64,000 nucleotides of DNA, taken from the NCBI GenBank assembly GCA_902780395.1, contig CACZFH010000003.1, positions 2,333-66,332 of the forward strand. Reading direction: 5' to 3'. This document shows, in pieces, positions 53,080-63,902 of the stretch; within the stretch, counting starts at the first letter, position 1, and each line of letters starts with the position of its first letter. The position numbers and the translations under genes were made by a program. The notes beneath the pieces were generated by a model that was not told the DNA's origin, did no database searches, and saw nothing but the letters and a program-made list of their open reading frames with translations. Source of the stretch: an uncultured Erysipelotrichaceae bacterium (lineage in GTDB: Bacteria > Bacillota_I > Bacilli_A > RF39 > UBA660).

Positions 53080-53080
53080 T

Positions 53081-53668
53081 ATGAAAAAGAAAAATAAGAA
53101 AAAAGAAGATGAAATATATAATGATTGTTGGCTATATGTACTTTTATTAACAACTTTAGTAATCCTTCTAGAATCAATAAAAAAATATACCTTTAGTATC
53201 GGTCAAGCTAATTTAACCTATGGTATATTTTTACTTCCAATTCAATATTTTATTGTATCTTATATTGCTAAAAAATATGATTATAAAAAAGCAATTTCCG
53301 CAATTGCTATCTCAGGAGTATTTTTAGTTTGCTTCAGAGCTACTATTTCCTTCTTTCTAAAAGAATCATTAATTTTAACAAATGTAAGTGGAGAATTTTT
53401 TGGATATGTTGTTAGTCAATTCGTTTTCTTACAAATCTATTTATTCTTACTAAATAATACCAAGTTTCCTCCTTTAATAGTGTATTTAGATTATCTGTTT
53501 TCTATTTTTGTTTTTTATATAGTTTATACACTAGTATATTTATATCACATAAATTTAAATCACTATTGGACAGGATTTTTTATAACAATGTTAATTCAAG
53601 GAATAATTTGTATAGTATTAGTATATATTGATTGTAAAATAAAAAGAGGTCAAGAAAAAATAAAATAA
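53081..53668 (+). CDS. Polytopic membrane protein, weakly VUT/YhhQ-like (queuosine-precursor transporter family)
   Basis: AAAGGAG SD favours ATG 53081. About 6 TM helices. The stretch LPIQYFIVSYIAKKYDYKKA loosely resembles the P..F...D...E.YG...A motif. Confidence 0.3.
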   Translation: MKKKNKKKEDEIYNDCWLYVLLLTTLVILLESIKKYTFSIGQANLTYGIFLLPIQYFIVSYIAKKYDYKKAISAIAISGVFLVCFRATISFFLKESLILTNVSGEFFGYVVSQFVFLQIYLFLLNNTKFPPLIVYLDYLFSIFVFYIVYTLVYLYHINLNHYWTGFFITMLIQGIICIVLVYIDCKIKRGQEKIK

Positions 53669-53738
53669 AAATAGCATTCATTAATAATGAATGTTATTTT
53701 TTTTTCTAAATTAAATCTTCTATTTGCCATTTACTAAT

Positions 53739-54422
53739 TTACAACAAAATAGATATTAAAATCAAAAGAGTATTATGAATCATATGAATAGTCATTGAAG
53801 TAAAAATAGTATCAGTCTTATAATAAGCAAAAGCAAAAGCTGCTCCTAAAGCACCATAAGGAATAATATAAAGATATCCCATCAAATTACTAGAATGGAA
53901 TACATGAGCTCCTCCAAATAGTAAGAAAGATAAAAAAGCAAATAAATAAGGATTCTTTACAACATCTTTAATTGATTTTCTAAAAACAATTTCTTCAGTA
54001 AAAGGAGCCAACAAACCAGCTTCTATAACCATTATTAAAGGAAGAGACTTAATCATTTTTTGAACAAGTTGCTCATTATTGGCTACACCACCACCTAATA
54101 CAAAATTAATGATTAGATTAGAGACTAGCATAATTACAAAACCAATAGCATAATAATAAAAACCTTTATCTAGATGCTCAATTGGCTTTTTCATAAAGAT
54201 CTTAAACTCTTTCTTCAAGTCCTTACGATATATTAAAAACAAAATTATAGTCATAACTACAGAAGAAAAAGCAGATAATAAAACTTGTGCAGAATCAGAT
54301 AAATGATGAATATCTAAATGAAATAAATAAATAGGAATCCACTGAAACTGAGCACTATTCCAAAACAAAAGAAAGATTAGAATACCTTTTATAATTAATT
54401 TTTCATTTTTTTTAATTTCCAT
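53739..54422 (-). CDS. CPBP-family intramembrane glutamic protease (CAAX protease/bacteriocin-processing family)
   Basis: Motifs EEIVFRKS (EExxxR), FGGAHV (FxxxH) and HMIHN (HxxxN) in a polytopic membrane protein. Confidence 0.8.
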   Translation of the reverse strand: MEIKKNEKLIIKGILIFLLFWNSAQFQWIPIYLFHLDIHHLSDSAQVLLSAFSSVVMTIILFLIYRKDLKKEFKIFMKKPIEHLDKGFYYYAIGFVIMLVSNLIINFVLGGGVANNEQLVQKMIKSLPLIMVIEAGLLAPFTEEIVFRKSIKDVVKNPYLFAFLSFLLFGGAHVFHSSNLMGYLYIIPYGALGAAFAFAYYKTDTIFTSMTIHMIHNTLLILISILL

Positions 54423-54478
54423 AATATCACCATACTAAAGATATCATAATTACACTAAAATGAAAAGCAGAAAATACT

Positions 54479-54507
54479 TGCATAAAAAGAAAAACAATAG
54501 TATAATA
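54479..54507 (+). promoter_or_regulatory. Sigma-A promoter of rpsO, followed by a ~100-nt structured leader (candidate S15 autoregulatory element)
   Basis: TTGCAT (54479-54484), 17-nt spacer, TATAAT (54502-54507). The leader 54510-54609 contains hairpins such as CTGAG aaaaagaa CTCAG. Confidence 0.6.
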
Positions 54508-54609
54508 TGGTTGTTGCTGAGAAAAAGAACTCAGAATACCCATACCCAGAGTAAGAGTTTCCGACTTACCCCGAGTTAGGGCGAATATTAAGAAAGGAAG
54601 TGTAATAAA

Positions 54610-54879
54610 ATGGCATTAACAAAAGAAGAAAAAGCAAAATTAATTAAAGAATTTGCTAAAAACGAAAAAGATACAGGTTCTGCAGAAGTTCAAATTGCTA
54701 TTCTAACAAAAGAAATTAACGATTTAACAGAACATCTAAAAGAACATAAACACGATTTCCATTCTCGTAGAGGACTTCTTAAAAAAGTAGGACAACGTAA
54801 AAATATGTTACAATACTTAGCTAAGAAGGATATTCAAAGTTATCGTGAAGTTATTAAAAAATTAGGTTTAAGAAAGTAG
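54610..54879 (+). CDS. rpsO: 30S ribosomal protein S15
   Basis: 89 aa with F......DTGS.EVQIA.LT..I..L..HL..H..D.HSRRGLL..V..R..LL.YL. Confidence 0.95.
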   Translation: MALTKEEKAKLIKEFAKNEKDTGSAEVQIAILTKEINDLTEHLKEHKHDFHSRRGLLKKVGQRKNMLQYLAKKDIQSYREVIKKLGLRK

Positions 54880-54904
54880 ACACATTTTTTAGTGTCTATT
54901 TTTT
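54877..54904 (+). terminator. Terminator/attenuator between rpsO and pnp
   Basis: Stem TAGACAC / GTGTCTA with an 8-nt loop and a T-run. Overlaps the rpsO stop. Confidence 0.7.
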
Positions 54905-54924
54905 ATGAAGAAAGAAGGAAAGAT

Positions 54925-57108
54925 ATGAAGAAAAAGAAAGTATTTGAATTAGATTTTCATGGTAGAAAACTAATTGTTGAACATGGTGAATTAGCAAAAC
55001 AAGCTGATGGAGCAGTATTAGTCAGATATAATGATACCGTTATTCTAACAGCTGCTGTTGTTTCAAAAAATGTTAACTTATTAAGTGACTTTTTTCCATT
55101 AACAGTAAATTATCAAGAAAAATTATATTCTGTAGGAAAAATACCAGGAGGTTTCATTAAAAGAGAAGGACGTCCTAGTGAAGCAGCTACTTTAGCCGCT
55201 CGTATGATTGATCGTCCAATGAGACCATTATTCCCAGCTGGATTTAAAAATGAAGTACAAATCATTTCTACTGTATTATCAGTAGATCAAGATTGCTCTC
55301 CAGAACTAACAGCTATGTTTGCCTCTTCTTTAGCAGTATCTATTTCAAAAATTCCATTTAATGGACCAATTGCTGGAGTAAAAGTAGGTCGAGTAGATGG
55401 TAAGTTTATAATCAATCCAACTCCAGAAGAAGCAGAAAAATCAGAATTAGATTTAACTGTTGCTGGAACCAAAGACGCTATTAATATGGTTGAATCAAGT
55501 GCTAAACAAGTATCAGAAGAAATTATGCTAGAAGCTTTAATGTTTGGTCATAAAGCAGTTAAAGAACTAATTAAGTTCCAAGAAAAGATTATCGAAGAAA
55601 TTGGTGAAGAAAAGATGGAGTATGAAACATTAACTCCAGAACCAGAATTAATTGAAAGAATTTCTAAACTAGTTACAAAGAAACTTGATAAAGCTCTTCG
55701 TATTAAAGATAAGATTAAAAAATATACCACAATTGATGAAATAAAAGAAGAAATGAATGAACTATTTACAAAAGAAAATGAAGACACCATGAAAGAAGAT
55801 GAGTTAAAAGAATTACTAGTAAAAGTTCAAATGGTTATTTCAGATATTGAATACAAACTATTTAGAAGTATTGTAGTAAAAGAAAAATTAAGAGCAGACG
55901 GACGTAAAATGGATGAAATAAGACCATTATCAACTGATATTGATTTATTACCACGTACTCATGGATCTGCCTTATTTACAAGAGGAGAAACTCAAGCTTT
56001 ATCAATTACAACATTAGGTGCTTTAAATGAACATCAAATTATTGATGGATTAAGTATGGAAGATCAAAAGAGATTTATGCTTCACTATAACTTTCCACAA
56101 TTCTCAGTAGGAGAAACAGGAAGATATGGTGCTCCTGGAAGAAGAGAAATTGGTCATGGTGCTTTAGGAGAAAAGGCTCTTGCTCAAGTAATTCCTTCAG
56201 AAGAAGAATTCCCATACACAATTCGTGTTGTATCAGAAATATTAGAATCTAATGGATCATCATCTCAAGCTAGTATTTGTGCAGGATGTATGTCTTTAAT
56301 GGCTGCTGGAGTACCAATTAAAGCTCCTGTTGCCGGAATAGCTATGGGACTAATTACTCATGAAGATAAATATACAATTCTTACTGATATTCAAGGAATG
56401 GAAGATCACTTAGGCGATATGGACTTTAAAGTAGCAGGTACTGAATATGGTATTACCGCTTTACAAATGGATATTAAGATTAGTGGTATTACAGAAGAAA
56501 TATTAAAAGAAGCTTTAGAGCAAGCTCGTAAAGCTCGTCTAGAAGTATTAAAAGTAATGAAGAAACAAATTAAAGAACCACGTAAAGAAGTATCTAAATA
56601 TGCTCCTAAGATGGAAACATTTATGATTAATCCAGCTAAGATAAAAGATGTAATTGGTAAAGGTGGAGAAACCATTACTAAGATTATTTGTGAAGCTTCA
56701 AACGTAACTGAAGTAACAAATATCAATGCTGTTAAAGTAGAATTAGAAGATGATGGAAGAGTAATTATTTACCATTCTGATAAAGAAATCATCGAAAAAA
56801 CAAGAGCTATGATTGAAGAAATTATAAGAGAAGTAGAAGTTGGTAAAATCTATGAAGCCAAAGTAGTAAAAGTTGAAGATTTCGGTTGCTTCGTCCAATT
56901 ATGGCCTGGTTGTGAAGGAATGGTTCATGTCTCACAACTTGCTCATGAAAGAGTAGAAAAAGCAAGTGACATTGTAAGTGTTGGTGATGAAATCATTGTA
57001 AAAGCTCTAGGTATAGACAAAAAAGGAAGACAAAACTTCTCAAGAAAAGAAGCATTACCAAAACCAAAGGAAAAGAAATCTAAAAAAGAAAAAGAAGTAG
57101 AAGAATAG
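54925..57108 (+). CDS. pnp: Polyribonucleotide nucleotidyltransferase (PNPase)
   Basis: Two RNase PH domains, a KH domain ([10 protein letters not shown]) and an S1 domain ([20 protein letters not shown]). ATG 54925 matches the usual N-terminus; the track start 54892 lies in the terminator. Confidence 0.95.
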   Translation: MKKKKVFELDFHGRKLIVEHGELAKQADGAVLVRYNDTVILTAAVVSKNVNLLSDFFPLTVNYQEKLYSVGKIPGGFIKREGRPSEAATLAARMIDRPMRPLFPAGFKNEVQIISTVLSVDQDCSPELTAMFASSLAVSISKIPFNGPIAGVKVGRVDGKFIINPTPEEAEKSELDLTVAGTKDAINMVESSAKQVSEEIMLEALMFGHKAVKELIKFQEKIIEEIGEEKMEYETLTPEPELIERISKLVTKKLDKALRIKDKIKKYTTIDEIKEEMNELFTKENEDTMKEDELKELLVKVQMVISDIEYKLFRSIVVKEKLRADGRKMDEIRPLSTDIDLLPRTHGSALFTRGETQALSITTLGALNEHQIIDGLSMEDQKRFMLHYNFPQFSVGETGRYGAPGRREIGHGALGEKALAQVIPSEEEFPYTIRVVSEILESNGSSSQASICAGCMSLMAAGVPIKAPVAGIAMGLITHEDKYTILTDIQGMEDHLGDMDFKVAGTEYGITALQMDIKISGITEEILKEALEQARKARLEVLKVMKKQIKEPRKEVSKYAPKMETFMINPAKIKDVIGKGGETITKIICEASNVTEVTNINAVKVELEDDGRVIIYHSDKEIIEKTRAMIEEIIREVEVGKIYEAKVVKVEDFGCFVQLWPGCEGMVHVSQLAHERVEKASDIVSVGDEIIVKALGIDKKGRQNFSRKEALPKPKEKKSKKEKEVEE

Positions 57109-57119
57109 AAATCGTAAAA

Positions 57120-57149
57120 GTAGGCACAAAAAGATGTGCCTACTTTTTT
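57120..57149 (+). terminator. Rho-independent terminator after pnp
   Basis: Stem GTAGGCACA / TGTGCCTAC with a T-run. Confidence 0.8.
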
Positions 57150-57214
57150 ATTACTATTGAAAAAATGAGTAATGTATTATATAATATAGTCATTTTCAAA
57201 GAGGTGGTATATAT

Positions 57215-57862
57215 ATGGAAAATAATGATTTCTATAAATTACATGATACAATAATTAAAGAAATAGAAGAAAAGTATAATCAATTAGATGCAATAGAATT
57301 ACTTCTTGCCATTAAAAAGGAAAATGAAGAAAAAATCAATCCAGAAAAATATTCAAGAGGATCATGGATAATGCCTAATAGAAGTAATGTCTTTACATAT
57401 TTTATGAGCTTAATACCAGCAAATAAAAGGTTACATATTAAATCTACTGGAGGCCATTACAATAATGATGGAAGTAAAATAAATCATAATTTTGATTCAT
57501 ATTTTTTTATGACTGACAATAATACTCTTTTGAAAGTGGAGTTTTGTGCAACTTCAAAAGAAGGAAAGAATCCTCCATATCAATATCAATGTTCAATTAA
57601 TACATATAAGAGTAGTGGCGATATAATAATTAAGGCCGATCATCAATCAAAACATGAAGACAGTAATATTGGAATTTTTGATATTGGTAGAAAATGGTAT
57701 AAAGACTATTCATTATTTGGTGACCATTTTTCATCAGATTATGCTATAAATGATAATCAAAATTTAAATGATGTACTAGGTAATGTCAATTTGGATGAAA
57801 TTATTATTAATATTATAGAAAAATATCATTTAGAAGAAAAAGTAAATCAAAAGACTAGATAA
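57215..57862 (+). CDS. Hypothetical 215-aa protein
   Basis: GAGGTGG SD. No recognisable motif. Confidence 0.35.
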   Translation: MENNDFYKLHDTIIKEIEEKYNQLDAIELLLAIKKENEEKINPEKYSRGSWIMPNRSNVFTYFMSLIPANKRLHIKSTGGHYNNDGSKINHNFDSYFFMTDNNTLLKVEFCATSKEGKNPPYQYQCSINTYKSSGDIIIKADHQSKHEDSNIGIFDIGRKWYKDYSLFGDHFSSDYAINDNQNLNDVLGNVNLDEIIINIIEKYHLEEKVNQKTR

Positions 57863-57951
57863 TAGTCTTTTTGTAGCCATAATTTATTCATACATTTTTT
57901 CTTGAAAAATAATAAAAATATGATATAATACAACTAACGGAGGGGATTAGG

Positions 57952-58326
57952 ATGTGGGAATTAATAAAAAACATTATTAAATGGATTATTATTGTAGCTT
58001 TAATTATCTTATTAATTATTGGAATATCTAAAATAGTTAATAAGAAAAAAGTAGTAGAAAAATCATCACAAACAGAAATAAAAACAATTAAAAAGACTAC
58101 GACGGATGATGAAAAGAATAAAACAAAAACTTCTGAGGTAACTAAAGAAGAAACAACCAAAGAAGAAATCAGTAAAGAGGAAAATAATAATAACAATAAT
58201 GCAACTACTCCAGAAGTTATAGAAATACAAGACACAGCAACTGGTATGGGTATAACAATTTGGCTAGGGTTATTTATTTGTACAACAACGATAATCTATG
58301 TTAATAAACAAAAAAGATATGAATAA
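57952..58326 (+). CDS. 124-aa membrane protein: two TM helices flanking a Lys/Glu/Thr-rich low-complexity loop
   Basis: GGAGGGG SD. Hydrophobic segments at both ends. Confidence 0.4.
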   Translation: MWELIKNIIKWIIIVALIILLIIGISKIVNKKKVVEKSSQTEIKTIKKTTTDDEKNKTKTSEVTKEETTKEEISKEENNNNNNATTPEVIEIQDTATGMGITIWLGLFICTTTIIYVNKQKRYE

Positions 58327-58378
58327 AAAAAAGGTTCAAATATGAATCTTTTTTTCATATACTTTTATAGGTGATATT

Positions 58379-59200
58379 ATGAAAAAGATAATAATAGGAG
58401 CCTTAATACTACTTAGCTTCTATTACACTAATGGAATAATTAAACTATTGAAAGAAAAAGACCCATTAATGCTGGAGATAAAAAAAACTGAAAGTAAATA
58501 TCAAATACCTTTTCAAAATGCCAGCATAGAAGGAAATAATATTATCCCAGGAATAATAGGAAAAGCCATTGATTATGACAAGACTTATCAAAAAATGAAG
58601 GAATATGGAACTTATAATGAATCTTTAACAATATTAAAAGAAATAAAACCAGTCATATCAATTGAAGAAAACTATGACAAGTATATAATAGGTGGAAATC
58701 CAAAAAAGAAAATGATTTCTATCTTATTTTTAATAAAAGAAGAAGACCAACTAGAACCATTATTACAAACCCTAAAAAAAGAACAAATAAAAGGAACAAT
58801 CTTTCTAGATGGAACTCAATTAGAAAAAAATCGCTCTTTAGTAAAAAATTATCCAGAACAAGAATATGAATTGCTTAGTTATCAAAATAACTATCAACCT
58901 AACTTTTTAAAAACAGCTCGTTCTTATCTAGAAACAACAACTGGAAAAAAACTCAAATATTGTTTTAATAAGACAGATAATAAAAAGTTTCTAGACTGGT
59001 GTGCAAAAGAAAAACTTCATTCTATTAATCCATCTTTAACAATAAATAATAATTCTCTACATGACTTAAAAGAGAACCTTCGAAATGGCTTAATAATTAC
59101 TATGAATCATAAACTCTTAAAGAAAATACCTATTTTAACAGAATATTCTAGAAAAAAAGGATATCAATTAGTCACATTAGAAACATTGCTAAGAGAATAA
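58379..59200 (+). CDS. Membrane-anchored NodB-like (polysaccharide deacetylase fold) protein, catalytic motifs not evident
   Basis: N-terminal TM. The block KKMISILFLIKEED...LLQTLKKEQIKGTIFLDG resembles the NodB-domain layout but lacks a clear TFDDG motif. Confidence 0.3.
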   Translation: MKKIIIGALILLSFYYTNGIIKLLKEKDPLMLEIKKTESKYQIPFQNASIEGNNIIPGIIGKAIDYDKTYQKMKEYGTYNESLTILKEIKPVISIEENYDKYIIGGNPKKKMISILFLIKEEDQLEPLLQTLKKEQIKGTIFLDGTQLEKNRSLVKNYPEQEYELLSYQNNYQPNFLKTARSYLETTTGKKLKYCFNKTDNKKFLDWCAKEKLHSINPSLTINNNSLHDLKENLRNGLIITMNHKLLKKIPILTEYSRKKGYQLVTLETLLRE

Positions 59201-59217
59201 AAAAACTCCTAAAGAGT

Positions 59218-59844
59218 TTATTTTTTTTGTTTTACCAAATTCGATTCCTTATTTTTATCATAAATAGGACTAAATATACAACAAGGTTCTAATGAATATC
59301 CAGTCATAAAATGACCGACTAAAAGAGAATACTCCTTACCATCTTGTAAACAATTAAGATAATAATGAAAACCAAGTGTATGATTTCCATAAGGAATAGT
59401 TTTATCATAATCTGAACATTTAAAGTTCCAACAATTATTAATATCATCAGCATAAGCAATTCCTTTAAGTCTTTTACCGTTAAAAAGAAAGTTATTTTCA
59501 AAACTTTTTAAATAACCTAATTCTTCATCAGCTTTTTTAAAGCAATTAATATCTACAACAGAATCAGTATTTTCTTTACTATCTAAAGAATAAATATGCC
59601 AAGTACCTAAATAAGGATAACATACTTCACTAAAAACACTGACTTTATCACCAATTGCCAATCCTTTCTGATTTTCATTATTCTCACTATCATAATGATA
59701 ATGTATATTAGAACTATCAACTTTTCCAACAAAAAAGCAAACATCTTTATCTAAATTATCTATAATAATAATTTCATCATCTAAATAAGTAACAATTCCT
59801 TTAGTTATTTCTTCTTTAATGTAATTATTTTTCAATGTAATCAC
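59218..59844 (-). CDS. Hypothetical 208-aa protein
   Basis: Reverse-strand ORF with a GAGGTGA SD. No motif recognised. Confidence 0.35.
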   Translation of the reverse strand: MITLKNNYIKEEITKGIVTYLDDEIIIIDNLDKDVCFFVGKVDSSNIHYHYDSENNENQKGLAIGDKVSVFSEVCYPYLGTWHIYSLDSKENTDSVVDINCFKKADEELGYLKSFENNFLFNGKRLKGIAYADDINNCWNFKCSDYDKTIPYGNHTLGFHYYLNCLQDGKEYSLLVGHFMTGYSLEPCCIFSPIYDKNKESNLVKQKK

Positions 59845-59957
59845 CTCATTAAATATTTATTATAGTAAGAAAAAATAGTAAAGTCAATTAAATTAGTAAA
59901 ACGTTTGGTTTGCTGAAAGATAGTTTTTATTGTATAATAAAACATAGGGTGAAGAAT

Positions 59958-62912
59958 ATGTATTTGAAAGGTATTATTACAAGTGGTTTTAAATCTTTTG
60001 CAGATAAAATAGATTTAAAACTAGATGATAAGATTACTTGTATTGTAGGACCAAATGGATCCGGAAAAAGTAATGTAGTAGATGCTGTTCGTTGGGTTTT
60101 AGGAGAACAATCTGTCAAATCATTAAGAGGAGAAGGCTCTATGTCAGATGTCATCTTCTCAGGTTCTAAATCAAGAAGTCCCTTAAATGTAGCTTCTGTT
60201 GAATTAGTATTTGATAATACCGATCACTATATTAATATTCCTTATACTGAAATATCTATTAAAAGAAGAGTATATCGTAGTGGAGAAAATGAATATTATC
60301 TAAACAATGAAAAATGTCGATTAAAAGACATAACCAATTTATTGTTAGATAGTGGAATGGGCAAAGAATCATTTAATATTATTTCTCAAGGAGAAGTAGA
60401 TAAAATACTAAGTAATTCAGGAACTGATCGAAGAGTTATTTTTGAAGAAGCTTCTGGTATTTTAAAATATAAAAAAAGAAAAGAAGAAGCTCTTCGCAAA
60501 CTAGATAGAACTCATAATAATATTGAAAGAGTAAATGACATTATTACAGAATTAGAAATGCAAATTACTCCATTAAAAGAACAAAGTGAAAAAGCTAAAG
60601 AATACTTAGAAAATAAAAATGGTTTAGACCAATACGAAGTAGCATTATTAGCTTATGATATAGAAGCTATTCATCATGCTTTACAAACAGATAAAGAAAA
60701 AAAAGAACATTTAGATGATGAAATAGTGGTTTTAAATAATGAAACAAATAAGTCTTCAGTATCAAGCTTAGAAGCTGAAAAAAAATTAGAAAACCTTCAA
60801 AAACAATTACTAGAGTGGAATCAAAAATTAGTCCAATTAACAGCCGAAAAAGAAAAAATACTAGGAGAAAAGAATCTTTTAAAAGAAAAAAGTAAAACAA
60901 CCAAAGAAGAAGAAGAAATCAAAGAAGAAATAAGAAAATCAATAGAGTTAACAGAACAAACAGAAGCAAATATAAAAGTATTAAAAGAAGAAGTAAAAGA
61001 TCTAACATCTAGAATAAGCAAAAAAGAACAAGAAAGAATTGATTTAGAAAGAGAAATAGAAAATCACAAATTAAAGAAAAATATCCTAATGAATGATTAT
61101 TCTACTCATTCCCAAGAACGTATTTCTCTAGGACATAAAATAGAGAGTTTAAAAAAAGAAATTGAAGAAAATCAAGATATGCCTAACAGTGTTAGAAGTG
61201 TATTAAAAGCTTCTTCACTTACAGGAATCTATAATACCATTGGAAATGTAATAACAACCGAAGAAAAGTATACCAAAGCCTTAAATACAGCAATTGCAAC
61301 TAATAAGAACTTTATCATAACAAAGGATGAAGAATCTGCTAAAAAAGCTATAAATTATTTAAAAGATAATCATTTAGGAAGAGCTACCTTCTTCCCATTA
61401 TCTGTTATTAAAGAAAGAACAGTAGATCATGAAACAATAAATATTCTAAAAAATAGTAGTGATTATTTAGGTATAATGTCTGACTTGATTACTTATAATA
61501 GAGAATATGAAAATGTTATTAAAAACCAACTAGGTATTATTATAGTAGCAACTACCATAGATGCAGCTACTAGATTATCTCATATGATTAAAGCAAAATA
61601 TAGAATAGTAACTCTTGAAGGAGATGTTGTTAATGTAGGTGGTAGTCTTACCGGAGGATCAAACTATCAAGGCAAAAGTACAATTCTACTAAAACAAGAA
61701 TGTAAACATCTAGAAGAAAAAATAGAATTATTACAAAAAGAAGAAAATGAAATCCAAAAAGAGATACTAAATCATAATGAGGAAAGTGATAGCTTAGAGG
61801 AAAAACTATTTAAACAATCTAAAGAAAAAGTTTCCTTAGAACAAATTCTTTTTACAAAGAATGAAGAAATAAAGAAGAATAAAGAAAAACAACAAGAATA
61901 TCAAAAAGAGCAAGAATCTCTCGAAGCTTTACAGAACAATTCCATAGATGAAAAAGAAAAAGAATATATTCGTCTATTTCATGAAAAAAGTGCCGAAAAA
62001 GAACAAGCCGAAATTCATATTCAATCATTTAATAAAGAAATAGAAGAATTAAAAGAAAAAATAGAAAGAGAAGAAGCCGATGATAAATTAAAATTAAGTC
62101 GTCTTCGTACCTTAGAAAAAGAAGAAAGAGATTTAGAAATCATTATAAATAGAAATGATGTAAAACTAGACAACATGTTACAAATACTAAATCAAGAATA
62201 TGAGTTAACTTATGAAAAAGCCAAATCAGATTATGTATTAGATATTGAACCAGAAGAAGCTAGAAAAAAAGTAAATCAATATCGAAATAATATCAAAAGA
62301 ATTGGTATGGTTAATATTAATGCTATTGAAGAATATGAAAAAGTAAATACTAGATATCAATTCTTAACAAGTCAAAAAGAGGATTTATTAAAAGCAGAAG
62401 ATACTTTACTAGATATTATGAAAGAAATGGATTCTATTATGAAAGAAGAATTTAAAACAACCTTTGAAGAAATTAGAATTGAATTTCAAAAAGTATTTAA
62501 AGAATTATTTAATGGCGGAACAGCCGATTTAAAACTTACCAATCCTGAAGATTTATTAGAAACAGGAATAGATATAGTAGCATCTCCACCAGGAAAAAAA
62601 CTAACTACAATATCACTACTATCCGGAGGAGAAAAAACTCTAACGGCTATTTCACTATTATTTGCTATTTTAAATGTAAGAACTGTTCCATTCTGCATAT
62701 TTGATGAGGTAGAAGCAGCATTAGATGAAGCAAATGTTAGAGGATTTGGTAAATACCTAAGCCACTACAAAGATAAAACTCAGTTCTTAATAATTACTCA
62801 TAAAAAGAAAACTATGGAATATGCCAATACATTATATGGAATTACAATGCAAGAATCAGGAGTTTCAAAATTAGTAAGTGTAAAATTAGAAAATCAAGTA
62901 GAAGTAATATAA
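59958..62912 (+). CDS. smc: Chromosome partition protein SMC (short, ~984 aa)
   Basis: ATG 59958 gives the canonical MYLK.I...GFKSFA N-terminus. Walker A GPNGSGKSNVVDA, hinge (GIYNTIGNVI...), signature LSGGEKTLTAISLLFAI and Walker B FCIFDEVEAALD. Confidence 0.92.
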   Translation: MYLKGIITSGFKSFADKIDLKLDDKITCIVGPNGSGKSNVVDAVRWVLGEQSVKSLRGEGSMSDVIFSGSKSRSPLNVASVELVFDNTDHYINIPYTEISIKRRVYRSGENEYYLNNEKCRLKDITNLLLDSGMGKESFNIISQGEVDKILSNSGTDRRVIFEEASGILKYKKRKEEALRKLDRTHNNIERVNDIITELEMQITPLKEQSEKAKEYLENKNGLDQYEVALLAYDIEAIHHALQTDKEKKEHLDDEIVVLNNETNKSSVSSLEAEKKLENLQKQLLEWNQKLVQLTAEKEKILGEKNLLKEKSKTTKEEEEIKEEIRKSIELTEQTEANIKVLKEEVKDLTSRISKKEQERIDLEREIENHKLKKNILMNDYSTHSQERISLGHKIESLKKEIEENQDMPNSVRSVLKASSLTGIYNTIGNVITTEEKYTKALNTAIATNKNFIITKDEESAKKAINYLKDNHLGRATFFPLSVIKERTVDHETINILKNSSDYLGIMSDLITYNREYENVIKNQLGIIIVATTIDAATRLSHMIKAKYRIVTLEGDVVNVGGSLTGGSNYQGKSTILLKQECKHLEEKIELLQKEENEIQKEILNHNEESDSLEEKLFKQSKEKVSLEQILFTKNEEIKKNKEKQQEYQKEQESLEALQNNSIDEKEKEYIRLFHEKSAEKEQAEIHIQSFNKEIEELKEKIEREEADDKLKLSRLRTLEKEERDLEIIINRNDVKLDNMLQILNQEYELTYEKAKSDYVLDIEPEEARKKVNQYRNNIKRIGMVNINAIEEYEKVNTRYQFLTSQKEDLLKAEDTLLDIMKEMDSIMKEEFKTTFEEIRIEFQKVFKELFNGGTADLKLTNPEDLLETGIDIVASPPGKKLTTISLLSGGEKTLTAISLLFAILNVRTVPFCIFDEVEAALDEANVRGFGKYLSHYKDKTQFLIITHKKKTMEYANTLYGITMQESGVSKLVSVKLENQVEVI

Positions 62913-62925
62913 AGGTAGAATCAAA

Positions 62926-63852
62926 ATGAAAGAAATAAGCGAAAAAGAAAAGCTAGAACAAGAAAGACAGAAGAATTTATTAGAACTAAAATATTTCTTT
63001 TTGATAGATAAAGATATCAAAAAAAGAATGATTGCTATGGCTCCTAAAAGATATATAGATGAGCAATCTGTTTGTGACTATTCAGATAAAATAGCTGAAA
63101 ATTTACAAGAAATATTTAATGAATTAAAAGATAGTATTAAAGGGCTTTATGGAATAAAGTCATATGAATATAAAAAAGTAGATGAAATGGCATTGGAATT
63201 ATTCTCAAAACTAATAGATTGTGGCTTAGACCTAAATCTATTAAATAAGTTTTACACTGAATTTGTAAGTGATATGAGTATAGACTTTAGAGATAGTGTA
63301 AAAAAAGAATGTGTTGGCTATTCCTTCAGAATGGGTAATAGTCTAGAGAAAGCTAAAACCATAAATGAACTACTACATTATTTTCATGCCTCACTTATGA
63401 ATGATGAATATCGCCTAGAAGCACTACCTACTTTAGCCGAAAAAACGAATGATTATATGGGCAAAATTTCATATAGAGGCTTTGAAGTCCCTATCTTTGA
63501 AGAAATATATACTTTATTTCCAAAAAACTTGAATGTTGGAGATACGGATATGGTAGCAGTAGATAATAATAAATTAATCATGATGATAAGAGATTTAGGA
63601 CATGCCTTAACAATAGAAATAACTATAAATAGTGATATAGCTAGAGTAGAATACTTTATTCCTAAAATATGTAATGCTAATAAAGTAAATAAACTACCAG
63701 GGGTAGAAAGAGTTAGCGAAGATAGTAACATCCTAGATAGTACTACAGGAATAACAGAATTTCCTATATCAGATCTTCCTCAACAACTGTTTGATTTCTT
63801 AGCAAAAGTCCCAACAGATGAAGATATAGAAATAATTCGTCATCATTGGTAA
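62926..63852 (+). CDS. Hypothetical 308-aa protein
   Basis: ORF 14 nt after smc. No recognisable motif. Confidence 0.35.
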   Translation: MKEISEKEKLEQERQKNLLELKYFFLIDKDIKKRMIAMAPKRYIDEQSVCDYSDKIAENLQEIFNELKDSIKGLYGIKSYEYKKVDEMALELFSKLIDCGLDLNLLNKFYTEFVSDMSIDFRDSVKKECVGYSFRMGNSLEKAKTINELLHYFHASLMNDEYRLEALPTLAEKTNDYMGKISYRGFEVPIFEEIYTLFPKNLNVGDTDMVAVDNNKLIMMIRDLGHALTIEITINSDIARVEYFIPKICNANKVNKLPGVERVSEDSNILDSTTGITEFPISDLPQQLFDFLAKVPTDEDIEIIRHHW

Positions 63853-63902
63853 AAAATATAATATAAAATAAAGAAAAGAGTGATTTAGTTGAATCACTCT
63901 TT

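Noticed and set aside
53063-53080. Track start (53063) of the membrane-protein ORF overlapping the previous gene
   Set aside because: AAAGGAG SD at 53068-53074 points to ATG 53081, so the upstream codons are probably not translated.
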